Positions 9,296-18,678 of a DNA stretch of 57,813 bases are shown here, piece by piece. The DNA comes from an uncultured Candidatus Saccharibacteria bacterium. Lineage in GTDB: Bacteria; Patescibacteriota; Minisyncoccia; UBA9983. The notes under the pieces are model-generated. The model saw nothing but the letters and a program-made list of their open reading frames with translations. It did no database searches and was not told where the DNA came from. A program made the translations under genes and the position numbers. The first letter of the stretch is position 1. Every line of letters starts with the position of its first letter. The stretch lies in NCBI GenBank assembly GCA_964372755.1, contig CAYJQX010000005.1:1-57813 (forward strand), read 5' to 3'.

Positions 9296-10072
9296 TTAAT
9301 CCTTATTTGAGGCTACTATCCCCAACTCGTCAAGACCAGCTAGATAATATTTACGCCATCTTTTTTCCCCTTTCGCCTGAATAAGACCATTCTGTATTAG
9401 TTCAATCAAATCTCTTTGAATAGTTTTACTACTCACATCCGGCACTAAAACAGACAATTCTCCGGCTGTTTTAGCCCCCTCGTTTTTCAAAGCGAGAAGT
9501 AATTTTTCCCTTCTCTCACTATTTAAAACTTTTGAATTACCGCTAATTTGCCTTGTTTTTCTATCATCATCACTATTTAGAGTCTCATTTTTATTTTCTT
9601 TCTGTTCCGCCTGTTCCGCAAAAAAATCCTTTTTATTATTTTGTCCAATCAATAAACTCTTATTTAAGAAATCCTTTTCCCTCTCAATATTTTCCAAAGA
9701 ATAGATTTGGGTTTTAGGATCAATTTCCGGCAACAAGATATTATTGTCCGTTATTAAATTATCTTTTTGTTTTTCCAATATGTCCTTTAACTTTTCATAT
9801 TCTCTGTCCAATATCTCAAAGTTTCTTTTGGACACATATATACCGACAGAGAATAAAGAAAAAATTGAACGTATGTTATCAAGAAAAGACATAATTTCAT
9901 TGTAGTTATTAGACCCTTGTCTAATGGACATTATTCCATTAAGGACATCTATAGCCTTGTCCCTTAATGTCCATTTGATTGGTTCTCTATCGGACATAAG
10001 TTCAGTTACCCTGTAAAGAGCGGCTGTAAGTTTTTGTACATCATTTTGCAACTGTCCGATAAGTTGGTTCAT
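9296..10072 (-). CDS. Putative regulator with C-terminal DeoR-like HTH and N-terminal helical bundle
   Basis: C-terminal RREKLLLALK...VSSKTIQRDLIELIQNGLIQAKGEKRWRKY winged HTH. Confidence 0.7.
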   Translation of the reverse strand: MNQLIGQLQNDVQKLTAALYRVTELMSDREPIKWTLRDKAIDVLNGIMSIRQGSNNYNEIMSFLDNIRSIFSLFSVGIYVSKRNFEILDREYEKLKDILEKQKDNLITDNNILLPEIDPKTQIYSLENIEREKDFLNKSLLIGQNNKKDFFAEQAEQKENKNETLNSDDDRKTRQISGNSKVLNSERREKLLLALKNEGAKTAGELSVLVPDVSSKTIQRDLIELIQNGLIQAKGEKRWRKYYLAGLDELGIVASNKD

Positions 10073-10174
10073 TGATGTTTATGCTATCAGACATGGATAA
10101 TGGACGCAAAAAAAGACTTCATTACACAGCCATATTTTTCTTTAGTCCATAGTTTTCCGCTATAATATATTGGT

Positions 10175-12358
10175 ATGGCTAATAAAAAGAAAATCTCGAA
10201 AGAAAAGAACGGAAAAGAAAACTTTTCCGAGTCTTGGTGGAGCACTCTTCAAGACAAGACCCGCCACTCGATTCTCTCGATAAGTTTTTTGGTTTTAGGA
10301 ATATTTTTTATATTGGCTTATTTAGGAAAAGCCGGAGTTTTGGGCAATGCGTTATATGAAGGATTTGTTTTTCTCTTTGGAGCTGGATATTTTTTGGTGC
10401 CCACCCTCTTGTTTGTGGCTTCTGTTTCTTTAGTTATCTCTCTTCGGCCTAACATTGTAAAAAGCTCCCTCATCGGCGGAGGCATATTTCTTTTGAGCGC
10501 TCTTGCTCTCTCAAGCATTGTCATAAGCAATGAGACAGGTGGCAAAATCGGTTATCTTATCGCTTGGCCTTTTCTTCAGTATCTGGATTTTTGGGTTTCA
10601 ATCATTGTCTTCGGCGCTCTTTTTGTTGTTTCCCTGCTGGTCATACTAAACGGAGCGATTACCCTTAATCCTTTTCAAAAAAATAATGAGGAAGATGATA
10701 TTCTGATTAAAGACACCTCTGACAAAAAAGAAGATGAGGCAAAAATACACGAGGCTTCTTCCCCCTCTCCTCTAATCGCCAAAACAGAATCAAAGGGTGA
10801 CACCGGCTCCAAAGACTTTACTCTCCGGCCAACAAAAAATGTCGTTAAAAGAATTTTCACTCCGCCTCCTCTGGACTTGCTTGAAACAGATAAAGGCAAA
10901 CCTTCCAGTGGCGATATCAAAGCCAATTCCAACATTATCAAACGCACCCTTCAAAACTTCGGCATTGAAGTTGAAATGGCCGAGATCAGTATCGGGCCTT
11001 CGGTTACTCAATACACTTTGAAGCCGGCCGAGGGCGTGAAAGTTTCCAGAATTTTGGGTCTTCAAAATGATTTGTCTTTGGCTTTAGCCGCCCACCCTCT
11101 TCGCATAGAAGCGCCTATCCCGGGCCGACCTCTTGTTGGCATCGAAGTTCCCAATAGTTCCAAAACAATCATCGGTTTGGGAACTCTTCTTGCCAGCGAA
11201 AACTTTCAGAAATCCCCCGAACCGTTACTCATTGCTCTTGGTAAAGATGTGACTGGTTCTATAATTTTTTCTGACATTGCTAAAATGCCTCACAGTCTTA
11301 TCGCTGGGGCAACCGGCGCGGGAAAATCCGTCACAATCCACTCAATTATCACAAGTCTTCTTTACCGCAATTCGCCGGAATCTCTTCGCCTAATCATGAT
11401 CGACCCAAAACGAGTGGAGCTTTCCATTTATAATAAAATTCCCCATATGCTCTCCCCTGTCATCACGAGCGCCAAGCAAGCCATCCTCACTTTAAAATGG
11501 GCCGGCAGTGAAATGGATCGCAGATATGATGTTCTTCTTAAAGCGGGCGCGAGAGATGTGAAATCCTATCATGAATCGCAAGGCGGGTTTGGAGAAATGC
11601 CCTATCTTGTTATTTTGATAGACGAATTAGCCGATCTGATGACAACTTATCCAAGAGAGATGGAAGCTTCCATAGTTCGACTGGCCCAAATGTCGCGAGC
11701 TGTCGGCATCCATCTAGTCCTTTCCACGCAAAGACCTTCGGTGGAAATTATCACCGGCCTCATCAAAGCCAACATAACCACGCGCATCGCCCTGCAAGTT
11801 GCTTCCCAGATTGATTCAAGAACCATTTTAGACATGGCTGGAGCCGAAAAACTTTTGGGTAAAGGAGACATGCTCTATCAAGGGAGCGACACGGCTAAAC
11901 CAAAACGTCTGCAAGCGCCTTATATTTCTGAAAAAGAAGTGAAAAAAGTGGTGGATTTCTTGGAAAAAGAATATAAGGATGCCGATTTTGAAGATGTTAG
12001 CTCGCCTGACGCCATTATTGGCATTGAAGATGGAGCAAATAGGTCTTCCTCAAACGGCAACGGTTGGCAACCGGTTCTTGATTTGGAAGCTATGGAAGCG
12101 CAAAACAATTCTAACGACGACGATTTATATGAGGCCATCCGTGAAGAAGTGATAAGAAGCGGGAAAGCCTCCACTTCCTTTCTTCAGCGCAAATTCAGCA
12201 TTGGTTACGCTCGAGCCGCGAGACTAATGGATATTCTGGAAGAACGCGGAGTGGTAAGCCAAGGCCAAGGAGCAAGACAACGGGAAGTTCTAATAAAAAG
12301 CAACGATCCGCTTGAAGGAACAGAACCCCAAGAAAAACAAAACGAGGTGATGTTTTAA
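10175..12358 (+). CDS. ftsK: DNA translocase FtsK/SpoIIIE
   Basis: N-terminal TM helices; Walker A GATGAGKS; IDPKRVEL; IDELADLM; C-terminal gamma domain LQRKFSIGYARAARLMD. Confidence 0.97.
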   Translation: MANKKKISKEKNGKENFSESWWSTLQDKTRHSILSISFLVLGIFFILAYLGKAGVLGNALYEGFVFLFGAGYFLVPTLLFVASVSLVISLRPNIVKSSLIGGGIFLLSALALSSIVISNETGGKIGYLIAWPFLQYLDFWVSIIVFGALFVVSLLVILNGAITLNPFQKNNEEDDILIKDTSDKKEDEAKIHEASSPSPLIAKTESKGDTGSKDFTLRPTKNVVKRIFTPPPLDLLETDKGKPSSGDIKANSNIIKRTLQNFGIEVEMAEISIGPSVTQYTLKPAEGVKVSRILGLQNDLSLALAAHPLRIEAPIPGRPLVGIEVPNSSKTIIGLGTLLASENFQKSPEPLLIALGKDVTGSIIFSDIAKMPHSLIAGATGAGKSVTIHSIITSLLYRNSPESLRLIMIDPKRVELSIYNKIPHMLSPVITSAKQAILTLKWAGSEMDRRYDVLLKAGARDVKSYHESQGGFGEMPYLVILIDELADLMTTYPREMEASIVRLAQMSRAVGIHLVLSTQRPSVEIITGLIKANITTRIALQVASQIDSRTILDMAGAEKLLGKGDMLYQGSDTAKPKRLQAPYISEKEVKKVVDFLEKEYKDADFEDVSSPDAIIGIEDGANRSSSNGNGWQPVLDLEAMEAQNNSNDDDLYEAIREEVIRSGKASTSFLQRKFSIGYARAARLMDILEERGVVSQGQGARQREVLIKSNDPLEGTEPQEKQNEVMF

Positions 12359-12379
12359 ACCGAGCATATCCAATAAAAA

Positions 12380-12739
12380 ATGACGATTAAAAAAAGCAGG
12401 CTTCCTTTTGCTTACACGACCACGATTGTTATCGCTCTTGTTATTTTTTTTGGCCTTTACGGCCTCCTGCGAGCTAAAGAATTTATTCGTGGACCAAATT
12501 TATCTATCGCAAGCCCTCAAGACGGAGCGGAGATTCACGATACTGATTTGGAAATAAGAGGTTCGGCAAAAAATATTTCAAATATCAGTCTGAACGGAAG
12601 ACAGATTTTTACCAATAACGAGGGAGAGTTTAAAGAGCATTTACTCCTTCCTTTAGGATATACTATAATAGAGGTCAAAGCTTCTGATCGATTCGGGAGA
12701 GAGGTTTCCCTAAGACGAGGCGTCACTTTAAGTAAATAA
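12380..12739 (+). CDS. Membrane-anchored small Ig-like domain protein
   Basis: TM segment followed by GPNLSIASP...LNGRQI...[14 protein letters not shown] beta-sandwich pattern. Confidence 0.7.
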   Translation: MTIKKSRLPFAYTTTIVIALVIFFGLYGLLRAKEFIRGPNLSIASPQDGAEIHDTDLEIRGSAKNISNISLNGRQIFTNNEGEFKEHLLLPLGYTIIEVKASDRFGREVSLRRGVTLSK

Positions 12740-12746
12740 AAACAAA

Positions 12747-13757
12747 ATGAATTTTGCCAAAAAAGAGCCGAAGAAACTAAAAACAACAAACGCCGGATTA
12801 GAGAGCGCCCTAGACGACATAAAAGCAAAGTTCGGCGATGGCGCCATTATCCGTTTAGGCGAAGCGCCGAAAGTGGATGTCAATGTTATTCCCTCCGGTT
12901 CTCTGGCCGTAGATATCGCCTTAGGAGTTGGCGGTGTTCCCCGAGGACGCGTTCTGGAAATCTTCGGCCCGGAGTCATCAGGCAAAACTACTCTGGCTCT
13001 CCATATCATAGCCGAAGCCCAAAAAAAAGGAGACATTTGCGCTTTTGTTGATGCCGAACACGCCCTTGATCCCGAATACGCAAAGCGTATCGGCGTAAAA
13101 ATTGACGATCTGCTTGTTTCCCAACCCGACACCGGCGAGCAAGCTTTGGAAATAACCGAGAGCTTGGTACGCTCCGGAACAGTCGGCGTGATAGTGGTGG
13201 ACTCCGTAGCCGCTTTGACTCCCAAAGCGGAAATAGAGGGAGAGATGGGTCAATCCCATGTTGGGTTGCAGGCAAGACTTATGTCTCAAGCCTTAAGAAA
13301 GCTCACTTCCATTGTTGCCCGAAGCAAAACAGTGGTTATTTTCATAAATCAAATCAGAATGCAGATCGGCATCATGTTTGGCAATCCCGAAACAACTCCC
13401 GGAGGAAAAGCCTTAAAATTTTATGCTTCCGTTCGCATTGAAGTCCGCCGAGCGGCCCAGATCAAAAAAGGGGAAGACGTGGTGGGAAGCCGAACCAAAG
13501 TCAAAGTGGTCAAAAACAAAGTGGCCGCTCCTTTCCGCACCGCTGAATTTGATATTTACTACAACGAGGGTATTTCTTACGAAGGGGATGTCATTAATAT
13601 GGGAGAAAAATACGGCGTTATCAAAAAATCCGGCGCCAGCTATTCTTATGAGAAAACCAGCCTCGGGCGAGGTTATGACAACGCGAGAACTTTCCTCAAA
13701 GAAAACAGCAAAATCACTAAAGAAATAGTGAAACTCATAATGGAAAAAGCGGGATAA
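12747..13757 (+). CDS. recA: Recombinase RecA
   Basis: [38 protein letters not shown] motifs. Confidence 0.99.
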   Translation: MNFAKKEPKKLKTTNAGLESALDDIKAKFGDGAIIRLGEAPKVDVNVIPSGSLAVDIALGVGGVPRGRVLEIFGPESSGKTTLALHIIAEAQKKGDICAFVDAEHALDPEYAKRIGVKIDDLLVSQPDTGEQALEITESLVRSGTVGVIVVDSVAALTPKAEIEGEMGQSHVGLQARLMSQALRKLTSIVARSKTVVIFINQIRMQIGIMFGNPETTPGGKALKFYASVRIEVRRAAQIKKGEDVVGSRTKVKVVKNKVAAPFRTAEFDIYYNEGISYEGDVINMGEKYGVIKKSGASYSYEKTSLGRGYDNARTFLKENSKITKEIVKLIMEKAG

Positions 13758-13782
13758 GTGTTTTGGGAATATTAAGCCTAAC

Positions 13783-13838
13783 AAACAAAAACGCATTGAG
13801 CGCCTATAAGTAAGGCCCGCTCAACGCGTTTTTTGTTT
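13783..13838. terminator. Bidirectional terminator between recA and convergent gene
   Basis: aaacaaaaacgcattgagcg...cgctcaacgcgttttttgttt imperfect inverted repeat. Confidence 0.65.
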
Positions 13839-13864
13839 CGGTAAAATATTCTCCCAAAAATTCC

Positions 13865-14227
13865 TTACCTGAAGGACGCCTCTTCAATGCCCAACTCTTT
13901 TTTAAATGCTCTTTTGGTAAAGTAAAACACCATGAGAATACCCGTTGCAAGAGTGAAAGTAAAGCTGATAAGCGTATCAGTACCGGCGTGAGCAAGGGCG
14001 CTTGCCACAAAATTCAACATATTTTCCAAACCCTTGGCTGATAACATAAAGTTAGTCAATATCTCCGTAAAATTAATAAGCGCCCCCAGTGTTGAAGCAA
14101 AAGCCCAAAAAAGAATTGCGTTTAAAACTAGAGGGCTTCTGAATTGCTTTACAAACCAGAAAAAATAAACTCGGCGCATAACCGCGCTTTTTAATTTGCT
14201 GTTGTTTCTTTGGTTAAATTTATCCAT
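13865..14227 (-). CDS. Small membrane protein overlapping ECF sigma gene (anti-sigma candidate)
   Basis: Two hydrophobic segments; overlaps the 3' end of the sigma factor gene; anti-sigma role inferred from position only. Confidence 0.55.
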   Translation of the reverse strand: MDKFNQRNNSKLKSAVMRRVYFFWFVKQFRSPLVLNAILFWAFASTLGALINFTEILTNFMLSAKGLENMLNFVASALAHAGTDTLISFTFTLATGILMVFYFTKRAFKKELGIEEASFR

Positions 14228-14841
14228 GATTTTGTTTTTTCTTCTTTTTCTTTTGCGACCTTTTGAAATATTTTTCTAGCCCGAAAGAGACGCATTTTGA
14301 TGGAAGCGACGGTATTTCCTTCTTCCTCTGCAATCTCCTGCTGGCTTTTTTCCTCTACATAATATTTGCCTAAGACACTTCTGAAATTTTCTGGGATTTT
14401 AGCCATTAACTCCTCGGTTAAATAACGAGCGCCCAGTCTATTCCCCAAGTTGGCATCCTCTCTCGCCAAAGAATTTTCAAATATTTCTGCATCCACGGAA
14501 ACAAATCTGGAACGGTCTTTTTTCCTTTTGTTGTAACGATTAATGCTCACGTTCATCAAAATCCTGAAAGCCCAACTCTTAAAACTCGCTCCGGGCATCG
14601 GCTCGTATTTCGAAGCATTTTTATAAATTTTTATGAAAGCCTCTTGAACCGCGTCTTCCACTTCCTCCCCGTCTCTTAAAACTCTAAAAGCCGTGCGCCT
14701 GAAAGAATCTTGGTACCTGTCCACAATTACACCGAAAAGATTCGGGTGTTTCTCCGATCTCTTTAAGACCTCTTCATCGGGGAGGTTTTTTAAAAATTCA
14801 TCCTTTGAACTTGAGAGAAAAGAAATCATAATTTTAAGCAT
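14191..14841 (-). CDS. ECF (sigma-70 group 4) RNA polymerase sigma factor
   Basis: EDAVQEAFIKIY, FKSWAFRI (region 2); KSQQEIAEEEGNTVASIKMRLFRAR (region 4). Confidence 0.92.
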   Translation of the reverse strand: MLKIMISFLSSSKDEFLKNLPDEEVLKRSEKHPNLFGVIVDRYQDSFRRTAFRVLRDGEEVEDAVQEAFIKIYKNASKYEPMPGASFKSWAFRILMNVSINRYNKRKKDRSRFVSVDAEIFENSLAREDANLGNRLGARYLTEELMAKIPENFRSVLGKYYVEEKSQQEIAEEEGNTVASIKMRLFRARKIFQKVAKEKEEKTKSWINLTKETTAN

Positions 14842-14979
14842 CTTTTAAAGAGAATCTCTTCTACTTTCCTTCCGCTTAATACAACAGGCAGTGTCGTCTT
14901 GAGGTTTCTCTTATTTTTCTGTACTATAGCACATGTCGATCTTTTGTAAATTTACCAAAAACCCTATTTAAAACCCGCA

Positions 14980-15543
14980 ATGTTAAACTATAACGAAATT
15001 AAACCCGGCAAATACATAATTTTAGATGGCGATCCTTATCTTGTTTTAGAATATTCCTTTTCCCGCGTCCAACAAATGAAGCCGGTGGCCCAAACAAAAA
15101 TCCGCAATCTTATCACCGGCCGGATCATAGAAAAAGCTTTCCGGCAAACAGAAAAAGTGGAAGAAGCCGAAATAGAAAAAAGGGATATTAAATATCTTTA
15201 CACAAACAAAAGAGAGTTTTGGTTTTGTGAAATGAACGACCCTTCAAAAAGATTCAAACTAAACGAAAAGGAAATCGATTCGGATACGGCAAAATTTTTA
15301 AAAACCAATATGGCTGTAGAGATCGTAACTTTTGACGAAAAAATTATCTCCGTAAATTTGCCCATTAAAATGGAGCTTAAAGTAACGGAAGCTCCTCCAT
15401 CCATAAAAGGCAATACCGCTCAAGGCGGAAGCAAACCCGTAACGCTTGAAACAGGCGCCATTATCAACGCTCCTCTTTTCATTGAGGAAGGAGATGTTGT
15501 TGTGGTTAATACTCAAACCGGAGAATATGTGAGCAGAGTTTAA
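14980..15543 (+). CDS. efp: Translation elongation factor P
   Basis: KPGKYIILDG start; GNTAQGGSKPVTLETG, PLFIEEGD and NTQTGEYVSR C-terminal motifs. Confidence 0.95.
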   Translation: MLNYNEIKPGKYIILDGDPYLVLEYSFSRVQQMKPVAQTKIRNLITGRIIEKAFRQTEKVEEAEIEKRDIKYLYTNKREFWFCEMNDPSKRFKLNEKEIDSDTAKFLKTNMAVEIVTFDEKIISVNLPIKMELKVTEAPPSIKGNTAQGGSKPVTLETGAIINAPLFIEEGDVVVVNTQTGEYVSRV

Positions 15544-15614
15544 AAGAGCAAAAACGTCCTCCTTCAAACTCATCAAGACTTTCCTCTTACAACGCTTTAT
15601 ATTTTTTTCTATAT

Positions 15615-16985
15615 TTACTCGTATTCTTCTTGAACATATTGAAGAATCTTTCTTGTTTCTTCCACAACATCCCTCGCGCCCAAAACCACTATCACCACAG
15701 GTCTTTTCTTTCCTCCTTGGAGAGAAACGTTAAAAACAGAAATCATGGTATTTTCATCCTCTTCCGCTGTTCCGGTTTTACCGCCCACGAAATTTGGATG
15801 GTTAGAAAAACCATTCAAATTTTGTAATCCAGAAAATGAAGATTGCGAGTAAGCGCCATTGGTTTCTCTGCCTGCTGTCACGTCAAAAATAAAACTCCTG
15901 TTGTTTAGAAGATATTTTGCCAAACTGAATAAATCCTCCGCGCTGGAAGCATTGCCGTCAGAAATTCCGGTCGGATCAACAAAAGTGGTATGTTCCATGC
16001 CCAAAGACTTGGCGTTCTCGTTCATTGAACGAATAAAGCCAGATCTCCCGAATTGAATCGCCAACGCTTCCCCTGCTTCATTTGAAGATTCTTCTAGGAG
16101 CGGGAACAACAAGTCATAAGCAGTAACAGGTTTTCCCGAAGACAAACGAGGCTTGATTGTTTGAACCAAAGCTTCGTCCGTAATAGATATTTTTTTATCC
16201 AAATTTATTCTCTCTGCCGAGACCACTCCCGTCATCAATTTTGTGATGGAATACACAGGAAGAACTTCAGTGGAATTTTTTTCTATAAAAACAAAATTGT
16301 TCTTTAGATCAGCGGCCAAATAAGCTTGAGCGGATATTTCAGGCGCTTTTGGCCTGTATTGAAAATTATCCGAAAGAAAATCGTCTTCAAAAACCAAGAT
16401 CGGCATTCCAGCGTTAGACAGCGCATAAACCTTTTCAGCGTCTTCAGTAGAAAGCCTCACGCAACCACCAGAATAAGAAGATGTGACGGGTTGGCCGTCG
16501 CTATAATAAGGCCAGCCGTGGATAAAAAAATTTCCTTGAAATTGCATGCTCCAAGGCATAGTTACCTTGCCAATGGATGAATAATGGCTTTTTTCTTTGG
16601 TTTTTATGGAATAAAGACCAGCGGGAGTTTCCCACCAGGATCCTTTTCTTCCTTTTGTAAGAATCGGAACTTCAAGATTGACCTCGCCGTTTTTGTAGAC
16701 TTTTACAACCATAGAGGAAAGATCCGCCTCAATAAAGTCTTTCTTGCCATTGAGAAATTCTTTTTTTACTCTTTCAAAAAAATCTGCGTTGGTAAGAGAC
16801 GGCCATGGCCCGTAACGTAGAGAGCTTTTTTTTCCATCTATTCCGGTAATGGAAAAGTTATCGTCAACCGTGCTGGATCTTTGCGCCGCCATGGAACTCA
16901 AATAGCCCAAGGCTACCAAAAAAAACCCGGCAATCACAATCGCCCATCTTGAATTCTTGGTTTTGGGAAAATTTTCTTCCGCCAT
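15615..16985 (-). CDS. L,D-transpeptidase (YkuD) fused to D-Ala-D-Ala carboxypeptidase (S11)
   Basis: WETPAG and FIHGW...SGGCVRL (YkuD); SITK (SxxK), SSN (SxN) and KTG (PBP). Confidence 0.88.
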   Translation of the reverse strand: MAEENFPKTKNSRWAIVIAGFFLVALGYLSSMAAQRSSTVDDNFSITGIDGKKSSLRYGPWPSLTNADFFERVKKEFLNGKKDFIEADLSSMVVKVYKNGEVNLEVPILTKGRKGSWWETPAGLYSIKTKEKSHYSSIGKVTMPWSMQFQGNFFIHGWPYYSDGQPVTSSYSGGCVRLSTEDAEKVYALSNAGMPILVFEDDFLSDNFQYRPKAPEISAQAYLAADLKNNFVFIEKNSTEVLPVYSITKLMTGVVSAERINLDKKISITDEALVQTIKPRLSSGKPVTAYDLLFPLLEESSNEAGEALAIQFGRSGFIRSMNENAKSLGMEHTTFVDPTGISDGNASSAEDLFSLAKYLLNNRSFIFDVTAGRETNGAYSQSSFSGLQNLNGFSNHPNFVGGKTGTAEEDENTMISVFNVSLQGGKKRPVVIVVLGARDVVEETRKILQYVQEEYE

Positions 16986-17089
16986 AGATTTTTGCTAATT
17001 ATATATTAAAGAAATAAAAGTATAAATATATTATGGTTTAACTTCTAAATATTACGCATGCAGGAATACGGAAATGAAAATCTCCTATA

Positions 17090-17126
17090 CCCCCATCTAA
17101 CGAAGTCGGACTTCGTTAGATGGGGG
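17090..17126. repeat. Perfect 18-bp palindrome with 1-nt spacer (GTC-N-GAC centre)
   Basis: cccccatctaacgaagtc-g-gacttcgttagatggggg. Confidence 0.9.
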
Positions 17127-17134
17127 TTTCCAAG

Positions 17135-17203
17135 AAATTTGAGAACAAAAAAATCGGAAAGGTAACGTTTATCCGCCTCACCGATTTTTTTATTCTCAAA
17201 TTT
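17135..17203. terminator. Long hairpin downstream of rpsR (probable terminator)
   Basis: aaatttgagaacaaaaaaatcgg / ccgatttttttattctcaaattt, 23-bp arms with one mismatch. Confidence 0.6.
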
Positions 17204-17220
17204 CAATATTTACTAAAAAA

Positions 17221-17427
17221 TTAATGAGCGACAAAAGGAAGCAAAGCCAGAAAACGCGATCTCTTAACCGCTTCAGACAGCCGGCGCTGATGCTTGGCGC
17301 AGATTTCAGATTGTTTTTTGGATACAATCCTTGCTTGTGGCGTCAAAAATTTTTTTAAGGTTTCCGTATCTTTGTAATCCAGCTCTTTATTGTTTACGCA
17401 AAAATAGCATTGTTTTATTTTATTCAT
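17221..17427 (-). CDS. rpsR: 30S ribosomal protein S18 (Zn-binding Cys motif)
   Basis: CYFC...LDYKD...CAKHQRRL...KRSRFLALLPF; rpsF-ssb-rpsR order. Confidence 0.97.
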   Translation of the reverse strand: MNKIKQCYFCVNNKELDYKDTETLKKFLTPQARIVSKKQSEICAKHQRRLSEAVKRSRFLALLPFVAH

Positions 17428-17468
17428 GGAATTTTTTGAGAATTGTTTTTTATTTTAATATTTTAACT

Positions 17469-17594
17469 CGACGCTAATACACGAATGACGCACGACACCA
17501 ATACACGAATGGACACGAATGACACTAATATAATACCCGACCTTAACTTTTTCTATTCGTGTTATTCGCCTGTATTATTCGCGTATTAGTGTCG
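17469..17594. repeat. Inverted-repeat element copy B (empty) between ssb and rpsR
   Basis: cgacgctaatacacgaatgacgcacgacaccaatacacgaatggacacgaat...attcgtgttattcgcctgtattattcgcgtattagtgtcg. Confidence 0.9.
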
Positions 17595-17607
17595 GTCTCG
17601 GGTAATC

Positions 17608-18078
17608 TTAGAATGGAATATCGTCGGGATTGATTTCGTCGTCAGGATACTCTATTGTAGCCAATTCTTCCTTGGGTTGGCTTTTATTGCCGTCTTCTTT
17701 CTTGAAATTTCCTTCGTTGCTGTTTGGAGAATATCCTCCGCCTGCTCCGCTTTGCCTTGGGCCAAATTGGATATTTTCGGCCACAATCTCCGTTCTGTTT
17801 TTCTTTGTTCCGTCAGTCGCGTCCCAAGTCCTATTCTGGATTCTTCCTTCTATAAAAACACTCGCTCCTTTTCTCAAATATTGAGAGGCCGTTTCTGCTT
17901 GGCGTCCAAAGACGACAATATTGTGAAATTGGGTATCCTCTTGCCGAGCTCCGCTTTGATTCTTCCAAACTCTGTTGGTCGCTACTCCAAAGGAAGCCAC
18001 CTGTGTTCCGGAAGGCAGACTTTTTAATTCCGGATCTCTGGTCAAATTCCCGATAATAAAAGCTTTATTTAAATTCAT
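17608..18078 (-). CDS. ssb: Single-stranded DNA-binding protein
   Basis: NKAFIIGNLTRDPE...EGRIQNRTW; acidic tail DDIPF. Confidence 0.99.
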   Translation of the reverse strand: MNLNKAFIIGNLTRDPELKSLPSGTQVASFGVATNRVWKNQSGARQEDTQFHNIVVFGRQAETASQYLRKGASVFIEGRIQNRTWDATDGTKKNRTEIVAENIQFGPRQSGAGGGYSPNSNEGNFKKEDGNKSQPKEELATIEYPDDEINPDDIPF

Positions 18079-18091
18079 CTTTTTTTATCTT

Positions 18092-18610
18092 TTAGACACC
18101 GGCCATTTCTTCGCTTATTAATTCTTCAAGTTTTTTGTCTATTTCTTCGTCGTTAATCGGCTGAGATTTTTTTTCTACTATTTCAGGAGTTCTCGGCTTA
18201 AGATTTGTTTTATTCATTCCGGAACTATAACTAGACAATGGTTTACTTTCTTTTTGGTTATTATTGATTAATAAAAAGCGCAAAATATTCCCCTCTCCTT
18301 TAAAAGCTTTATGCACTTCTTCCACGGCATTTGATTTCAAAATAAATTTCATCCAACCAAAATAAGCTGAGCTCTGTTTGCTTATCGGATAGGATAATCG
18401 GCGCATTTCCGGCATACCTTCGCTTACGATCATTCCGCCTTTTGACTCAATAGTTGAGCGCAAAAAGACAACAACCTTTCCCGCTTCTTCTTCGGGAAGC
18501 AAGGGCGACAAAAGATAGCCCATCTCATAAGGTTTTGGTTCTGCTTCCAGAGAAACCACCTCGTCAATGTTTTCTTCAGTTTCTATAAGGTCTTTTATTT
18601 CATCTGCCAT
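18092..18610 (-). CDS. rpsF: 30S ribosomal protein S6 with terminal extensions
   Basis: YEMGYLLSP...RRLSYPISK...ILRFLLI; position upstream of ssb; start set at MADEIK. Confidence 0.9.
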   Translation of the reverse strand: MADEIKDLIETEENIDEVVSLEAEPKPYEMGYLLSPLLPEEEAGKVVVFLRSTIESKGGMIVSEGMPEMRRLSYPISKQSSAYFGWMKFILKSNAVEEVHKAFKGEGNILRFLLINNNQKESKPLSSYSSGMNKTNLKPRTPEIVEKKSQPINDEEIDKKLEELISEEMAGV

Positions 18611-18678
18611 AATCGCCACCAATACTAACAAAGACAGAAAAGCTTTGCAAGAAAGGGTTTTTTCGGGAAAACAGCTTT

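Noticed and set aside
17469-17594. Short ACGAAT-type repeats as a CRISPR array
   Set aside because: No constant-length repeats with unique spacers and no cas genes; the units form inverted arms
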